Shown here in pieces: positions 19,099 to 29,062 of a DNA stretch of 64,000 bases. Origin of the DNA: a virus; the IMG/VR virus record IMGVR_UViG_3300030099_006533. One strand, 5' to 3'. Numbering within the stretch: the first letter of the stretch is position 1; each line of letters begins with the position of its first letter. Made by a program: the position numbers and the translations under genes. The notes beneath the pieces are model-generated. The model searched no databases and had not been told where the DNA came from. It worked only from the letters and a program-made list of their open reading frames with translations.

Positions 19099-20262
19099 AT
19101 GTCTTCATTATTAGAGCAAGCAATTGTTGATGCCACAGCACTAAAGGAAGCTGCGTTAAAAAATGCAGAAGCCGCAGTATTAGAAAAGTATGCGCCTGAA
19201 ATTAAACAGGCAGTTGAAGCTCTGTTAGAGCAAGATTTAGATGATCCCATGGCTGCCCTTGAGGCCGATCCTGCCATGGCCGGTGAGCCTGCTGAGCCTA
19301 TCGACGCCGATGTCGACGCTCAACTTGCTGCTACCGAAGGAGAAGATATGTGTCCCTGTCCTGATGAAGATGAGCCGGACAAGATTGTGGTTGATTTCGA
19401 TGAGCTTAGCAACATGGCCGGCCCTGAAGATCCTGCCATGGACGATGCCTCACCCGCCCTCGACGCGTCGTTGCAGGAAGATTCCGAGATTGAGCTTTCT
19501 GATGATTTACTTGAAGCAATTATTAGCGAACTTTCTTCTGATGAAGACGAACCTGTTCAAGTCATGAAAGAAGAGGACGACGAAGAGGGCGACGACGATG
19601 ATGACGACGTTGCTGCACGCACTCCCCCTAGAGACAAGGAGAATAAGGCCGATTTTCTTCCCAAGGATGTCCGAGATAAAATTAATGCTGACGCCAAGAA
19701 CGAAGAACTTGATCTGGACGAAGACGCTCTTACCGCTGTGGTCGAAAAGCTTGTCGTTGACATGGCCCAGCGTAAGACTGGCCACCTTGGCGTTTCAGAA
19801 GACACTGCCAAGTATGAGCTTGAGCTAGAACTCGCTCACCAGCAAAGCACAGATTTTAAAGAAGAGAATGAAGCTCTAAAGAAAGCTGTAGAAGAACTAC
19901 AGGAAAAGCTCTCCAATTACGATTTTACAATTAACGAAATGAAGCGCAAGCTTAATGAAACAAATTTAACAAACGCAAGATTACTATACGCGAACCGCAT
20001 TTTGAATAGCACCTCCTTGAATGAGCGACAAAAGAATAAACTTGTCGAAGCTATCTCATCCGCCGGTTCAGTAAAAGAAGCAAAGGTCATTTACGAGACA
20101 CTTAAAAACACAGTGGGTTCTGCGCCGGATCGCCGCGGACCACAGTCACTGCGTGAAGCTGTCACTAGATCTTCTTCTATAATGTCTGTTCGTGAGAACC
20201 GACGCAATACTGCTGATCCAGCTGCCGAGAGGATGCAAATCCTTGCAGGCATTAAGAAATAA
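19099..20262 (+). CDS. Prohead scaffold/core protein
   Basis: Very acidic, coiled-coil C-terminal half (LNETNLTNARLLYANRIL), immediately before the MCP. Confidence 0.8.
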   Translation: MSSLLEQAIVDATALKEAALKNAEAAVLEKYAPEIKQAVEALLEQDLDDPMAALEADPAMAGEPAEPIDADVDAQLAATEGEDMCPCPDEDEPDKIVVDFDELSNMAGPEDPAMDDASPALDASLQEDSEIELSDDLLEAIISELSSDEDEPVQVMKEEDDEEGDDDDDDVAARTPPRDKENKADFLPKDVRDKINADAKNEELDLDEDALTAVVEKLVVDMAQRKTGHLGVSEDTAKYELELELAHQQSTDFKEENEALKKAVEELQEKLSNYDFTINEMKRKLNETNLTNARLLYANRILNSTSLNERQKNKLVEAISSAGSVKEAKVIYETLKNTVGSAPDRRGPQSLREAVTRSSSIMSVRENRRNTADPAAERMQILAGIKK

Positions 20263-20288
20263 AACATTATTCAAGGAGAAAAATAACA

Positions 20289-22130
20289 ATGTCTATTCTA
20301 AACAAACTAACTGAAGGCATCGTTGAGCGTGACCTCTCTAAGGAGTCACACGCCCTACTTACCAAGTGGGAGCGCACAGGTCTTCTTGAAGGTTTGACCA
20401 ACGACCGCGACCGTAACTCCATGGCCCGTCTCTTAGAGAATCAAGCCAAGGAACTACTTCGTGAGTCTTCCGCAATGTCCGCTGGTGACGTTGAGGGTTT
20501 TGCTGCTGTAGCATTCCCCATCGTCCGTCGCGTCTTTGCTGGCCTTGTTGCTAACGAGCTTGTCTCTGTTCAGCCCATGAGCCTTCCCTCTGGTCTAATC
20601 TTCTTCCTAGACTTCACGTTCAGCGCTGATATCGCCGGCCTCGACCGCTCCAGCGATACCCGTACTGACGGCCTTTTCGGTCAAGGTAACAACGCTTCCA
20701 TCTACGGTACCGACCGTGTTGGTAGCCAGATCACAGGTGGTGTCAACCTCGTTGATTCCTCCGGTGGAGACCTCTCAGGTCCTCGCACAACCGTTGGTTA
20801 CGCTTATGGCGCTGCCTCTGGTTCTTCGACCCTTGATGAGGCCACCGCCGCGACTATGCACGTTCGTGACTCTTTCGCACTAGATAACATCAACGAAGCG
20901 CAGAAGAAGCTCATCATGTATGATCCCGATATCCTGGCTCTGTCCGGGTCCGGTACATCAATTGGTGTTGCTGTTCTTTCAGTTGTCAAGTCTATCTTTA
21001 CCAGTTCCAATGGTTCAGAGGCTGACTTCGACAACCTCGGTGCATTCAGCATTGATGATCTTAGCCAAATGACTGGTCTTGGATCACAAGCTGTACTCGT
21101 TCGTCGCCTGACGCGTGATCAGCCCGCTGATGAGACAACTTCAGAACGCATTCTGTTCACCGTCGTTGGCCCTTCAGGCTCTGCTGGTGTTCTTGTCAAC
21201 GGCTCCCCGGCCGCTGGTGTAGAGGTTGCGGGTTCAGGTTCCGCAACCGGTGGTGACGAACTTATCGTTCGCTTCCCAATCCGTGATAACCTCACTGCTT
21301 CCGATGCTCTCGGTTCAGTTGTTGGTACCACTGACTGGGGACTTGAAAACGAGTCTGCGATCCCTGAGATCGACATTCAGGTTGACAGCATCGCTGTTAC
21401 CGCACAGACCAAGAAGCTCAAGGCCAAGTGGACGCCAGAGTTGGGACAGGATCTTAACGCCTATCACAACCTTGACGCCGAGGTCGAGCTTACCAGCATT
21501 CTCTCCGAGCAGATTGCTCTTGAGATTGATCGCGAGATCCTTGCTGACTTGGTTCGCGGTGCCACCGCTGCAACATACTACTGGGCCCGTTCCCCCGGTA
21601 TGTTCCTCAACCGTGAGACTGGCCTAGAGGTTGGTGCTAATACAGCTGCCCCTGACTTCACCGGTACAGTGTCCGAGTGGTACGAGACTCTTGTCGAGAC
21701 CATTAACGACGTTTCTGCTCAGATTCACCGCAAGACGCTTCGCGGTGGTGCAAACTTCATCGTTTGCTCCCCTGAAGTTGCGAACATTCTTGAGTTCACC
21801 GCTGGCTTCCGTGCTTCCGTCACTGCTGACGACGAGCGTGGTACCGTTGGTGCTGTCAAGGTTGGAGCCCTGAGCAAGAAGTTTGATGTCCACGTTGACC
21901 CTTACTTCCCACGTCAGGTGATCCTTGTTGGCCGTAGAGGCGGTTCATTCCTCGAAAGTGGATATGTATACGCTCCTTACGTCCCGCTGCAGGTCACTCC
22001 CACCATCTTTGGACCCGAGGACTTCGTGCCTCGTAAGGGCGTGATGACTCGTTACGCCAAGAAGATGGTGCGTCCTGATATGTACGGACTCGTCATCTGC
22101 CGCGGCATGGTTGGAGAATCTGGAGCGTAA
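20289..22130 (+). CDS. Major capsid protein (T4 gp23-like)
   Basis: KWERTGLLEG, LVSVQPMSLPSGLIFFLDF, KLKAKWTPELGQDLNAYH, LSEQIALEIDREIL, YAPYVPL, GVMTRY. Confidence 0.96.
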   Translation: MSILNKLTEGIVERDLSKESHALLTKWERTGLLEGLTNDRDRNSMARLLENQAKELLRESSAMSAGDVEGFAAVAFPIVRRVFAGLVANELVSVQPMSLPSGLIFFLDFTFSADIAGLDRSSDTRTDGLFGQGNNASIYGTDRVGSQITGGVNLVDSSGGDLSGPRTTVGYAYGAASGSSTLDEATAATMHVRDSFALDNINEAQKKLIMYDPDILALSGSGTSIGVAVLSVVKSIFTSSNGSEADFDNLGAFSIDDLSQMTGLGSQAVLVRRLTRDQPADETTSERILFTVVGPSGSAGVLVNGSPAAGVEVAGSGSATGGDELIVRFPIRDNLTASDALGSVVGTTDWGLENESAIPEIDIQVDSIAVTAQTKKLKAKWTPELGQDLNAYHNLDAEVELTSILSEQIALEIDREILADLVRGATAATYYWARSPGMFLNRETGLEVGANTAAPDFTGTVSEWYETLVETINDVSAQIHRKTLRGGANFIVCSPEVANILEFTAGFRASVTADDERGTVGAVKVGALSKKFDVHVDPYFPRQVILVGRRGGSFLESGYVYAPYVPLQVTPTIFGPEDFVPRKGVMTRYAKKMVRPDMYGLVICRGMVGESGA

Positions 22131-22159
22131 GCCTAGAACAACCTAACGGGTAAAAAGTT

Positions 22160-22197
22160 AAGCCCCCTCTTCCAAGTGGAGAGGGGGTTTTCTTTTT
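22160..22197 (+). terminator. Rho-independent terminator after the MCP
   Basis: AAGCCCCCTCTTCC-AAGT-GGAGAGGGGGTTT followed by TCTTTTT. Confidence 0.85.
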
Positions 22198-22259
22198 GAG
22201 GTAGGCCAAAAAATACCGCCAGCAAATTTTTGAGATTTTTCGTTTTTTAAAAAAAGGTT

Positions 22260-22267
22260 ACTATTTA
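22260..22267 (+). promoter_or_regulatory. Putative late promoter motif ACTATTTA
   Basis: After the MCP terminator, upstream of 22297. Confidence 0.62.
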
Positions 22268-22296
22268 TAAAAAGACCCACTTTAGGAGAACATACC

Positions 22297-22578
22297 ATGG
22301 GAAAGAAACGTAGAGCAATCGCTCATCCAAATAAATTCAAAGCAAGAGCCAGAAATCTCGGCCGAACCCGAGCCCCTGCTGCCGCGCCTTCCAACAGCGA
22401 GGCAATTGAGGAATTGGCAACAAAGGTTGAGGTTGCCCCTGCCCCTGAGCCCGTTGTCGCCACTCCCGCTGTAGCTGAAGAAGAGCCCGCTCCTGTTAAA
22501 CGCGCAAACTCAGCGAAAAAGAAGACCAGCAAAACTCGTAGAACAACAACTAAGAAGGTCGATTCTTCTGAAGCATAG
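22297..22578 (+). CDS. Small protein with basic termini and an Ala/Pro/Glu-rich centre
   Basis: TAGGAG SD; MGKKRRAIAHPNKFKAR...AKKKTSKTRRTTTKK. Confidence 0.7.
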   Translation: MGKKRRAIAHPNKFKARARNLGRTRAPAAAPSNSEAIEELATKVEVAPAPEPVVATPAVAEEEPAPVKRANSAKKKTSKTRRTTTKKVDSSEA

Positions 22579-22632
22579 TAAAACGGGCCTGTTTCCTGTT
22601 TCTCGTACTACTTATGCTTAGGAGGATCCGTG

Positions 22633-23886
22633 ATGGCCCAGCCCACTTTAACGCCGTCAAGCAACACGAGCGTTTCCAAACTACCAGTTACAGGCACAGC
22701 AGGCGATGTAGCTTCCGCTTTGCCTTTTGGCATTTATTCTAGCAATACTGACTTTCTGTCCGGCGCCGCAGAGCAGGTTGCGTATACCTATAAGAAGCTG
22801 GGCGGTGACGTTTTAGACATTGAGCTGAAAGCTTCAAACGTTTACGCAAACTATGAAGAGGCTGTATTAGAGTATTCATACCTAATCAACACTCACCAAG
22901 CTAAAAATGTTCTTTCCGATGTCTTGGGTGCTACAACCGGCACATTTGATCATGACGGCAGCCTAAAAACGGGCCCAGAAGGAATTAACTTAAAGTTTCC
23001 TCGATTTGAATTCGCCTATGCACGACGAGTTGCAGATGCCATCTCTACGGAAGCCGGCTCAACAGGCGGCACACTTACAGAATACTCTGCTAGCTTTTCT
23101 TTGGAAAACGGGGTGCAAGATTATGACTTACAAACAATCATTTCCGCTTCTGCAGATGAGAGCGCCAGTGATTTTTACAATCTTGTAGGAAACAACAAAG
23201 TCCAGATTCGACGTGTTTACTATATCTCTCCTCGTGCAATGTGGAGATTTTATGGATATTATGGCGGAGTAAGCGTCGTTGGCAATATGAACACCTATGG
23301 CCAGTTCGCGGATGACTCTACATTTGAGATTATCCCAACTTGGCAGAATAAGATGCAGGCTATGACATATGAGGACTCAATTTACACAAGAACGTCCCAT
23401 TATTCATATGAGATTATTAACAATAAGCTGCGATTATACCCTGTCCCACAAGCAGATCTGACGCACAGAACAATGTGGGTGTCCTTTACAGTGCAGAAAG
23501 ACCCATTTGAAGAGTATGATGACAGAAAGAGTGGCATTGAGGGCGTGAACAACATGAACACCATTCCGTTTGACAATGTTCCTTACGAAAACATTAATGC
23601 AATCGGAAAACAGTGGATCCGTCGCTTTGCTTTGGCCTTATCTAAAGAGACTTTGGGCCAAATTCGAGGTAAATTTGCAACTTTGCCGATTCCTGGCGAT
23701 AACGTGACTCTAAACCACTCAGAATTGTTGTCACAAGCCAAAGAGGAGCAAGAAAAGCTTAGAACAGAATTGAAAGAAGTGCTTGATCAGCTTACTTACA
23801 CTGCAATCATGGAAGACGATGCCAAGATTGCCGATGCAGCTAGCAAGATTAATACTTCAATTCCAATGAAGATCTATGTGGGGTAG
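22633..23886 (+). CDS. Neck/head-tail adaptor protein (T4 gp13-like)
   Basis: LGGDVLDIEL...EEAVLEYS...QWIRRFALALSKETLGQIRGKF; AGGAGG SD favours ATG 22633; ACTACTTA variant motif at 22607. Confidence 0.8.
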   Translation: MAQPTLTPSSNTSVSKLPVTGTAGDVASALPFGIYSSNTDFLSGAAEQVAYTYKKLGGDVLDIELKASNVYANYEEAVLEYSYLINTHQAKNVLSDVLGATTGTFDHDGSLKTGPEGINLKFPRFEFAYARRVADAISTEAGSTGGTLTEYSASFSLENGVQDYDLQTIISASADESASDFYNLVGNNKVQIRRVYYISPRAMWRFYGYYGGVSVVGNMNTYGQFADDSTFEIIPTWQNKMQAMTYEDSIYTRTSHYSYEIINNKLRLYPVPQADLTHRTMWVSFTVQKDPFEEYDDRKSGIEGVNNMNTIPFDNVPYENINAIGKQWIRRFALALSKETLGQIRGKFATLPIPGDNVTLNHSELLSQAKEEQEKLRTELKEVLDQLTYTAIMEDDAKIADAASKINTSIPMKIYVG

Positions 23887-23890
23887 ATAA

Positions 23891-24388
23891 ATGTCCGATG
23901 AAAACAATAAATGGTCACAACCCGACGCTCCGCCCCCACCCTTGTTCACCGGACAGCCTGAGCGAGATCTAGTAAAGCAGGTAAACGATGAGCTTATTGA
24001 AAGGGTCATCGGCCAGACCATTGTTTACTATCCTATTGATATTGAACATACCGACTTTCATGATCTGTATGGCGAAGCCATGAGAAAAACCTTTTTGCCG
24101 CCAGTTAGGGTGCATGCTTTAGTAGAGTTTGAGGGAATTAAGACCAAATATACATCTGGTGTTGGCCTGGACAAGGAAGCGGGGATTGTTGTACACTTTC
24201 ACAAGCGAAGATTGACAGAAGATCAAGATCTTTATGTAAGAGAAGGCGATTTCGTTTTATATGGCAACCTGCATTATGAAATCGTGGCCTTGGAAGAACC
24301 CCAGCAGCTATTTGGTCAGATTGAGCACAGATTTGAGATCGTTGCCAAGTGTATTAAGGCAAGAAAGGGGGTATTCGATGGCAGTTAA
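23891..24388 (+). CDS. Neck/head closure protein (T4 gp14-like)
   Basis: ELIERVIGQTIVYYP...DLYGEA...EGDFVLYG; synteny. Confidence 0.75.
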   Translation: MSDENNKWSQPDAPPPPLFTGQPERDLVKQVNDELIERVIGQTIVYYPIDIEHTDFHDLYGEAMRKTFLPPVRVHALVEFEGIKTKYTSGVGLDKEAGIVVHFHKRRLTEDQDLYVREGDFVLYGNLHYEIVALEEPQQLFGQIEHRFEIVAKCIKARKGVFDGS

Positions 24389-25310
24389 GATTGTTAGGCC
24401 AACTCGCGCCAAACCTGTTAGAAATAACACTAAAAACGAACAAGAAACAATTGACTTGTTTATGACCCCCTCTACACTAGAAACGGTCGACCGTGCATTA
24501 TTCGAATTTATCGATGAGGTGCTAAATATTCACTTTACCAAGGCCGATCAGGAGGCAGCAAAGGTGCCGGTGATCTGGAACTCTGCAGAGAGGACATTTC
24601 AGATCAAAAATGACAAAGATTTGAGAGATTCTGAGGGACACATCAAAATGCCGATTATCACAGTCGAAAAGACTTCGGTTACAAAGGATCCTCGCCAGCA
24701 TGGAACAATTGTAGCAACTCTTGCCCCTCTTGACGGCGTGAATGGTGGGGAGTGGGTCGTGGCAAGAAAGATAAAGCAAGACAGGACATCTTTATTCGCC
24801 GCGTCGAATAACGCCCGCCAGTGGGACTCTAAAAATGGTGTGATCGGGGCCCAGACGGGCATTGGTGAGCCGTACCATCCTGCTGAAAATAAAGAGATTG
24901 TGTATGAAACGTATACTACACCAATTCCCGTGTATGTGAATGTGACTTACTCAATTGTACTGCGTGCACAGTATCAACAGCACCTAAATGATCTATTGAC
25001 CCCGTTCCTTACACGGACAGGTCACTGGAACATCATGGAAATTAATCATGATGGGCACTTTTATGAGGCCTTCTTGCCAACTGAATATTCTACAAACAAT
25101 AACGTCTCCGATATGTCAGAAGAGGAGAGAACTTACGAAACCAAATTTGATATTCGTGTATTAGCATATTTAGTGGGACAAGGGCACAACCAGCAGGGCC
25201 CCCTCATTGCGAAAAAAGAAAACCTTGTCAAAGTACGATTGCCCCGCGAGCGAGTTATTGTTGAGGAAGAACATCCCGATAAAAACAACGGGCAATTTTA
25301 TAAAGAGTAA
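24378..25310 (+). CDS. Tail terminator/completion protein (T4 gp15-like)
   Basis: VPVIWNSAER, PVYVNVTYSIVLRAQYQQHLNDLL; start moved to ATG 24378 (GGGG SD, overlap with gp14 stop). Confidence 0.7.
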   Translation: MAVKIVRPTRAKPVRNNTKNEQETIDLFMTPSTLETVDRALFEFIDEVLNIHFTKADQEAAKVPVIWNSAERTFQIKNDKDLRDSEGHIKMPIITVEKTSVTKDPRQHGTIVATLAPLDGVNGGEWVVARKIKQDRTSLFAASNNARQWDSKNGVIGAQTGIGEPYHPAENKEIVYETYTTPIPVYVNVTYSIVLRAQYQQHLNDLLTPFLTRTGHWNIMEINHDGHFYEAFLPTEYSTNNNVSDMSEEERTYETKFDIRVLAYLVGQGHNQQGPLIAKKENLVKVRLPRERVIVEEEHPDKNNGQFYKE

Positions 25311-25333
25311 AATGGAGATTGGGTCAAACCGTT

Positions 25334-25341
25334 ACTATTTA
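25334..25341 (+). promoter_or_regulatory. Putative late promoter motif ACTATTTA
   Basis: Upstream of the tail sheath gene. Confidence 0.62.
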
Positions 25342-25413
25342 CTATACGATAAGGCTCAACATATGCAAAAGAGCATTTGCAAAATTTAAAAGTTTTTAAG
25401 GAGTTTAAAAAAT

Positions 25414-28338
25414 ATGTCAGTCAAGAAGTTCAAATTCGTCTCCCCCGGCATCTTTATTAAGGAGGTCGATAGATCCTTCAGAGAGCCAGCCGCACCTTTG
25501 GTAGGCCCCGTAATTATTGGTCGTGCCCCCTTCGGTCCGGCAATGCGCCCCATCAGGGTAGAATCTTTTGGAGATTTTGTCCGCACGTTCGGAAACCCCG
25601 TTAGCGGTTATAAGGGCGGAGATCTTTGGCGCCACGGAAACTTGGGTGGCCCTACTTACGGTGCATATGCTGCACAAGCATACCTCGCCGCCAACGTAGG
25701 TCCCGTTAACTATGTTCGACTCCTAGGCACGCACAATGCCAACAAGACCGCAGACGCCGGCGCTACTGCAGGCTGGACAACATCAAAAAACCAGACCGAG
25801 TCCCACGAGACCAATGGTGGAGCCTATGGCCTTGTCTTGTTTGATTCTGCATCGGTCTCCCAAACTGTCACCGGATTCGTTAGTGGAACACTCGCCGCAG
25901 TCTGGTATCTAGAAGAGGGCAGCATCGTTCTCAAGGGTACCCGCCGAAATGGCGTTGGTGGCACCGCAGTTACTTCTTCTGCTGCTCTCATGAGAACGAC
26001 CAATGCCGCTACTCATGAGTGCCGTGCAATTATTAGAGATGCTAGCAACGCTGTAGTAAAAGAAACCTCCTTCAACTTTGATAGAGACTCGGATATTTAT
26101 ATTCGCAAGGTCTTTAATACAAATCCGCAGAAAATCAACAGCAGATTTACGAAAGCAGACGATATAGAAAAGTATTGGCTTGGTCAGACCTACGATCAAA
26201 TGGTTGAGACAACAATCACTGGTTCTGGTGTGGATCACACCCTCGCCGCAATCGTTGGCCTTAAGAAGGGGTCAGTTGGATTCCACGATCAGGAACTGGC
26301 ATACCAGAACGGTAAAACAGGTTGGTTTATCGGTCAAGATATGGGTGTTAACACGGCTTTCCGTGCAACCAGCGCACAAAAGCTATTTAGGCTTGTTGGT
26401 CTAGAGGGTGGTGCCTCCACGCAGAGACGCTTCAAGGTCTCCATCGAAGACATTAAGGCCCCCAGCAACCCAGATATTTACCCTTACGGCTCATTCTCAG
26501 TCGTGCTGCGGTCCCTCTCAGATACGGACAACAAAGTGCTGGTAGTTGAAAGATTCACAGGATGTAATATTGACCCTGACTCTCCTGATTACATCGCCAA
26601 GAAGATTGGTGATATGTATCTGGAATGGAGTGATTCTGAAGCCCGCTTTAGAGAGTACGGAGATCATCCAAATAACTCTACGCACATTCGGGTTGAAATG
26701 GATGATGCCACACACAATGGTTCCGTGGAGCCTTCGCTGATTCCCTTCGGAGTTCTCGGACCCCCGGCGCCCAAGCCGATTAAGTTTATCCCGGGCCACG
26801 GCCCTGCCGTAGCCGGCGGAGATTCTGCAGGCTCAACCGCACTAGACGACGACGCCACCACCAACGCCGTTGGACCCGCTCATGTTGGCGCGTACTTCAT
26901 TGGAGCAAACGCGATTCCACAAGCAAAGCATGTCGCCCTCGGAAACGTGCTGGGAGTAGACGGAGCATTCTCTGGCTCACTGCGATTCCCTGCCCTTCTC
27001 ATGGTTTCCTCGTCTCTTGACGCTGGTCTTTCCGACCAGACTGACGCATACTTCGGTGTTAACACGAATCGAAGCAGAACGTCTAGTAGACATGATGAGA
27101 GTGTAGTAGATTACTTGCTTCCAATTGATGAGTCAACAAGTGCGAACTCTTGGGATCCAAAGCCTGGATTCGAGCACTCATACATGTTCTCCATGGATGA
27201 TCTAGCATATGATACAGCACTTGGCTGCATGAACTATGTGTCAGGATCCCGCATTTCTGGAGATTCATACTCAGCACTCAACTCATTCAGTGCAACCCTT
27301 GACTTGGGCTATGACCGCTTCACTACTGTCTTCCACGGTGGCCACGATGGTGTCAACATTACCGAGATGGAGCCTTTCAACAACGAGATTGTGAAGGTAG
27401 CAGGAGCATCACAGTACAACAACTATGCTTACAACAGTCTTCACAGAGCAATCACTTCTGTCGCAGATCCTGAGTTCATTGAGATGAACCTTCTGTCAGT
27501 GCCCGGCCTCCGCGCCGCAGGCCTAACAAACTATGCTATGGAAGTCTGCGAAGAGCGCGGTGATGCCTTGGCAATTATCGATGTAGCTGACGGCGACTAC
27601 ACTCCTCGTACGGAGTCCAGAGACAGCGCCCAGAACAGAAGAGGTTCAGTATCTACAGCAGTAGCAAATATGAAGAGCCGCAGGCTTAACACGAGTTACG
27701 GTGCAACATACTACCCCTGGGTTCAGATTTTGGACGAAGCCCGAAGCACCAACGTGTGGGTTCCGCCTTCTGTCGTTGCCCTCGGCACGTTGGCTTCCTC
27801 TGAAGCCGCGAGCGCAGTCTGGTTCGCCCCTGCAGGATTCAACCGCGGCGGTCTAACAGACGGTGCAGCAGGAATTCCTGTTATTTCCGCCCGTCAGAGA
27901 CTGTCCCGTAAGGATCGTGACTCACTCTATGAGAACAATGTCAACCCAATTGCTAAGTTCCCTAATGAGGGGCTAGTAATCTTCGGACAAAAGACGCTTC
28001 AGGCCCAGCCCAGCGCCCTTGACCGAGTTAACGTACGTCGCCTGATGATTTACCTCAAGAAGGAAGTCTCTAGAGCTTCTACCCAAGTCCTGTTTGACCA
28101 GAACGTCGAATCTACTTGGAACCGCTTCAAGAGCCTTGTGGATCCCATCTTGGCTGGCGTAAAAGCACAGTTTGGACTCACTGAATATCGACTAATTCTT
28201 GATGAAACCACCACTACGCCAGACTTGATTGATCAGAACATTCTATATGCGAAGATCATGCTTAAGCCTGCCAGAGCGATTGAGTACATTGCGATTGATT
28301 TCAATATCATGCCAACAGGTGCTTCTTTCGATGATTAA
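25414..28338 (+). CDS. Tail sheath protein
   Basis: FVSPGIFIKEVDRS, YGATYYPWV, WFAPAGFNRGGL, IFGQKTLQ...RVNVRRL, PARAIEYIAIDF. Confidence 0.96.
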   Translation: MSVKKFKFVSPGIFIKEVDRSFREPAAPLVGPVIIGRAPFGPAMRPIRVESFGDFVRTFGNPVSGYKGGDLWRHGNLGGPTYGAYAAQAYLAANVGPVNYVRLLGTHNANKTADAGATAGWTTSKNQTESHETNGGAYGLVLFDSASVSQTVTGFVSGTLAAVWYLEEGSIVLKGTRRNGVGGTAVTSSAALMRTTNAATHECRAIIRDASNAVVKETSFNFDRDSDIYIRKVFNTNPQKINSRFTKADDIEKYWLGQTYDQMVETTITGSGVDHTLAAIVGLKKGSVGFHDQELAYQNGKTGWFIGQDMGVNTAFRATSAQKLFRLVGLEGGASTQRRFKVSIEDIKAPSNPDIYPYGSFSVVLRSLSDTDNKVLVVERFTGCNIDPDSPDYIAKKIGDMYLEWSDSEARFREYGDHPNNSTHIRVEMDDATHNGSVEPSLIPFGVLGPPAPKPIKFIPGHGPAVAGGDSAGSTALDDDATTNAVGPAHVGAYFIGANAIPQAKHVALGNVLGVDGAFSGSLRFPALLMVSSSLDAGLSDQTDAYFGVNTNRSRTSSRHDESVVDYLLPIDESTSANSWDPKPGFEHSYMFSMDDLAYDTALGCMNYVSGSRISGDSYSALNSFSATLDLGYDRFTTVFHGGHDGVNITEMEPFNNEIVKVAGASQYNNYAYNSLHRAITSVADPEFIEMNLLSVPGLRAAGLTNYAMEVCEERGDALAIIDVADGDYTPRTESRDSAQNRRGSVSTAVANMKSRRLNTSYGATYYPWVQILDEARSTNVWVPPSVVALGTLASSEAASAVWFAPAGFNRGGLTDGAAGIPVISARQRLSRKDRDSLYENNVNPIAKFPNEGLVIFGQKTLQAQPSALDRVNVRRLMIYLKKEVSRASTQVLFDQNVESTWNRFKSLVDPILAGVKAQFGLTEYRLILDETTTTPDLIDQNILYAKIMLKPARAIEYIAIDFNIMPTGASFDD

Positions 28339-28400
28339 AGTTGGAAGAAAAAATACAAATTTGATTATAAAACTATATAATAACAAGGAGAACAAGTAAA

Positions 28401-29012
28401 ATGCCATTTTGGACAACACCCACAGAAGGAACTGGTCGCGACCCTAAAAGAGGTTTTAGGTTTCGAGTTCAAATCGGAAACATTACCGGACTCGGCTCTT
28501 CCGGGTACATGTGGTATGCAAAGTCTGTAGACAAGCCCAGCTTCGAAATCAGTACACAGGAGCATGATTATTTGAATCATAAGTTTAAGTTCCCGGGTAA
28601 GACAACTTGGTCTCCTGTTAGCATGAAGATGGTTGATCCAACGAATCCAGATATGGCAGCCACTTTGTCTGATATCGTCACATACGCAGGATATCACCCT
28701 CCATCAACCGCCGATGATCATACCTCGATGTCAAAGTCCTCGGCTGTTAAGACCTTGGGTGATGTGTATATTGAGCAGATCGATGCCAACGGCACTATGA
28801 TTGAAAAATGGACGCTTAAAAATGCTTGGATTTCCAAGGTAACATATGGTAACCTAGATTATAGTTCAGAAGAGCTAACAGAGGTAGAAATGGAATTTCA
28901 ATATGACTGGGCCACGTTAGAAACGAAGACAGGAAGCGCCCGCACCGGCGCCGATCCAGGCAACACCGAGTGGTGGGGCGCCAATGATCCATATCCTACC
29001 AACACGCCCTAA
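28401..29012 (+). CDS. Tail tube protein
   Basis: DPKRGFRFRV, KFPGKTTW, EKWTLKNAWISKVTYGNLDYSSEE...QYDWA; follows the sheath; ACTATATA variant motif at 28372. Confidence 0.9.
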   Translation: MPFWTTPTEGTGRDPKRGFRFRVQIGNITGLGSSGYMWYAKSVDKPSFEISTQEHDYLNHKFKFPGKTTWSPVSMKMVDPTNPDMAATLSDIVTYAGYHPPSTADDHTSMSKSSAVKTLGDVYIEQIDANGTMIEKWTLKNAWISKVTYGNLDYSSEELTEVEMEFQYDWATLETKTGSARTGADPGNTEWWGANDPYPTNTP

Positions 29013-29062
29013 TTAATACAATTGACAACAACTTAATGCTATAATGAAAAGAGAGGTGATTT

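Noticed and set aside
22198-22259. A/T-tract element after the MCP terminator as a packaging site or origin
   Set aside because: Single occurrence, tracts not clearly phased, no supporting repeats in the window
29022-29045. Sigma70 promoter TTGACA...TATAAT before the chaperone gene
   Set aside because: Both hexamers are perfect but the spacer is only 12 nt, outside the 16-18 range; not called, though an extended -10 alone cannot be excluded
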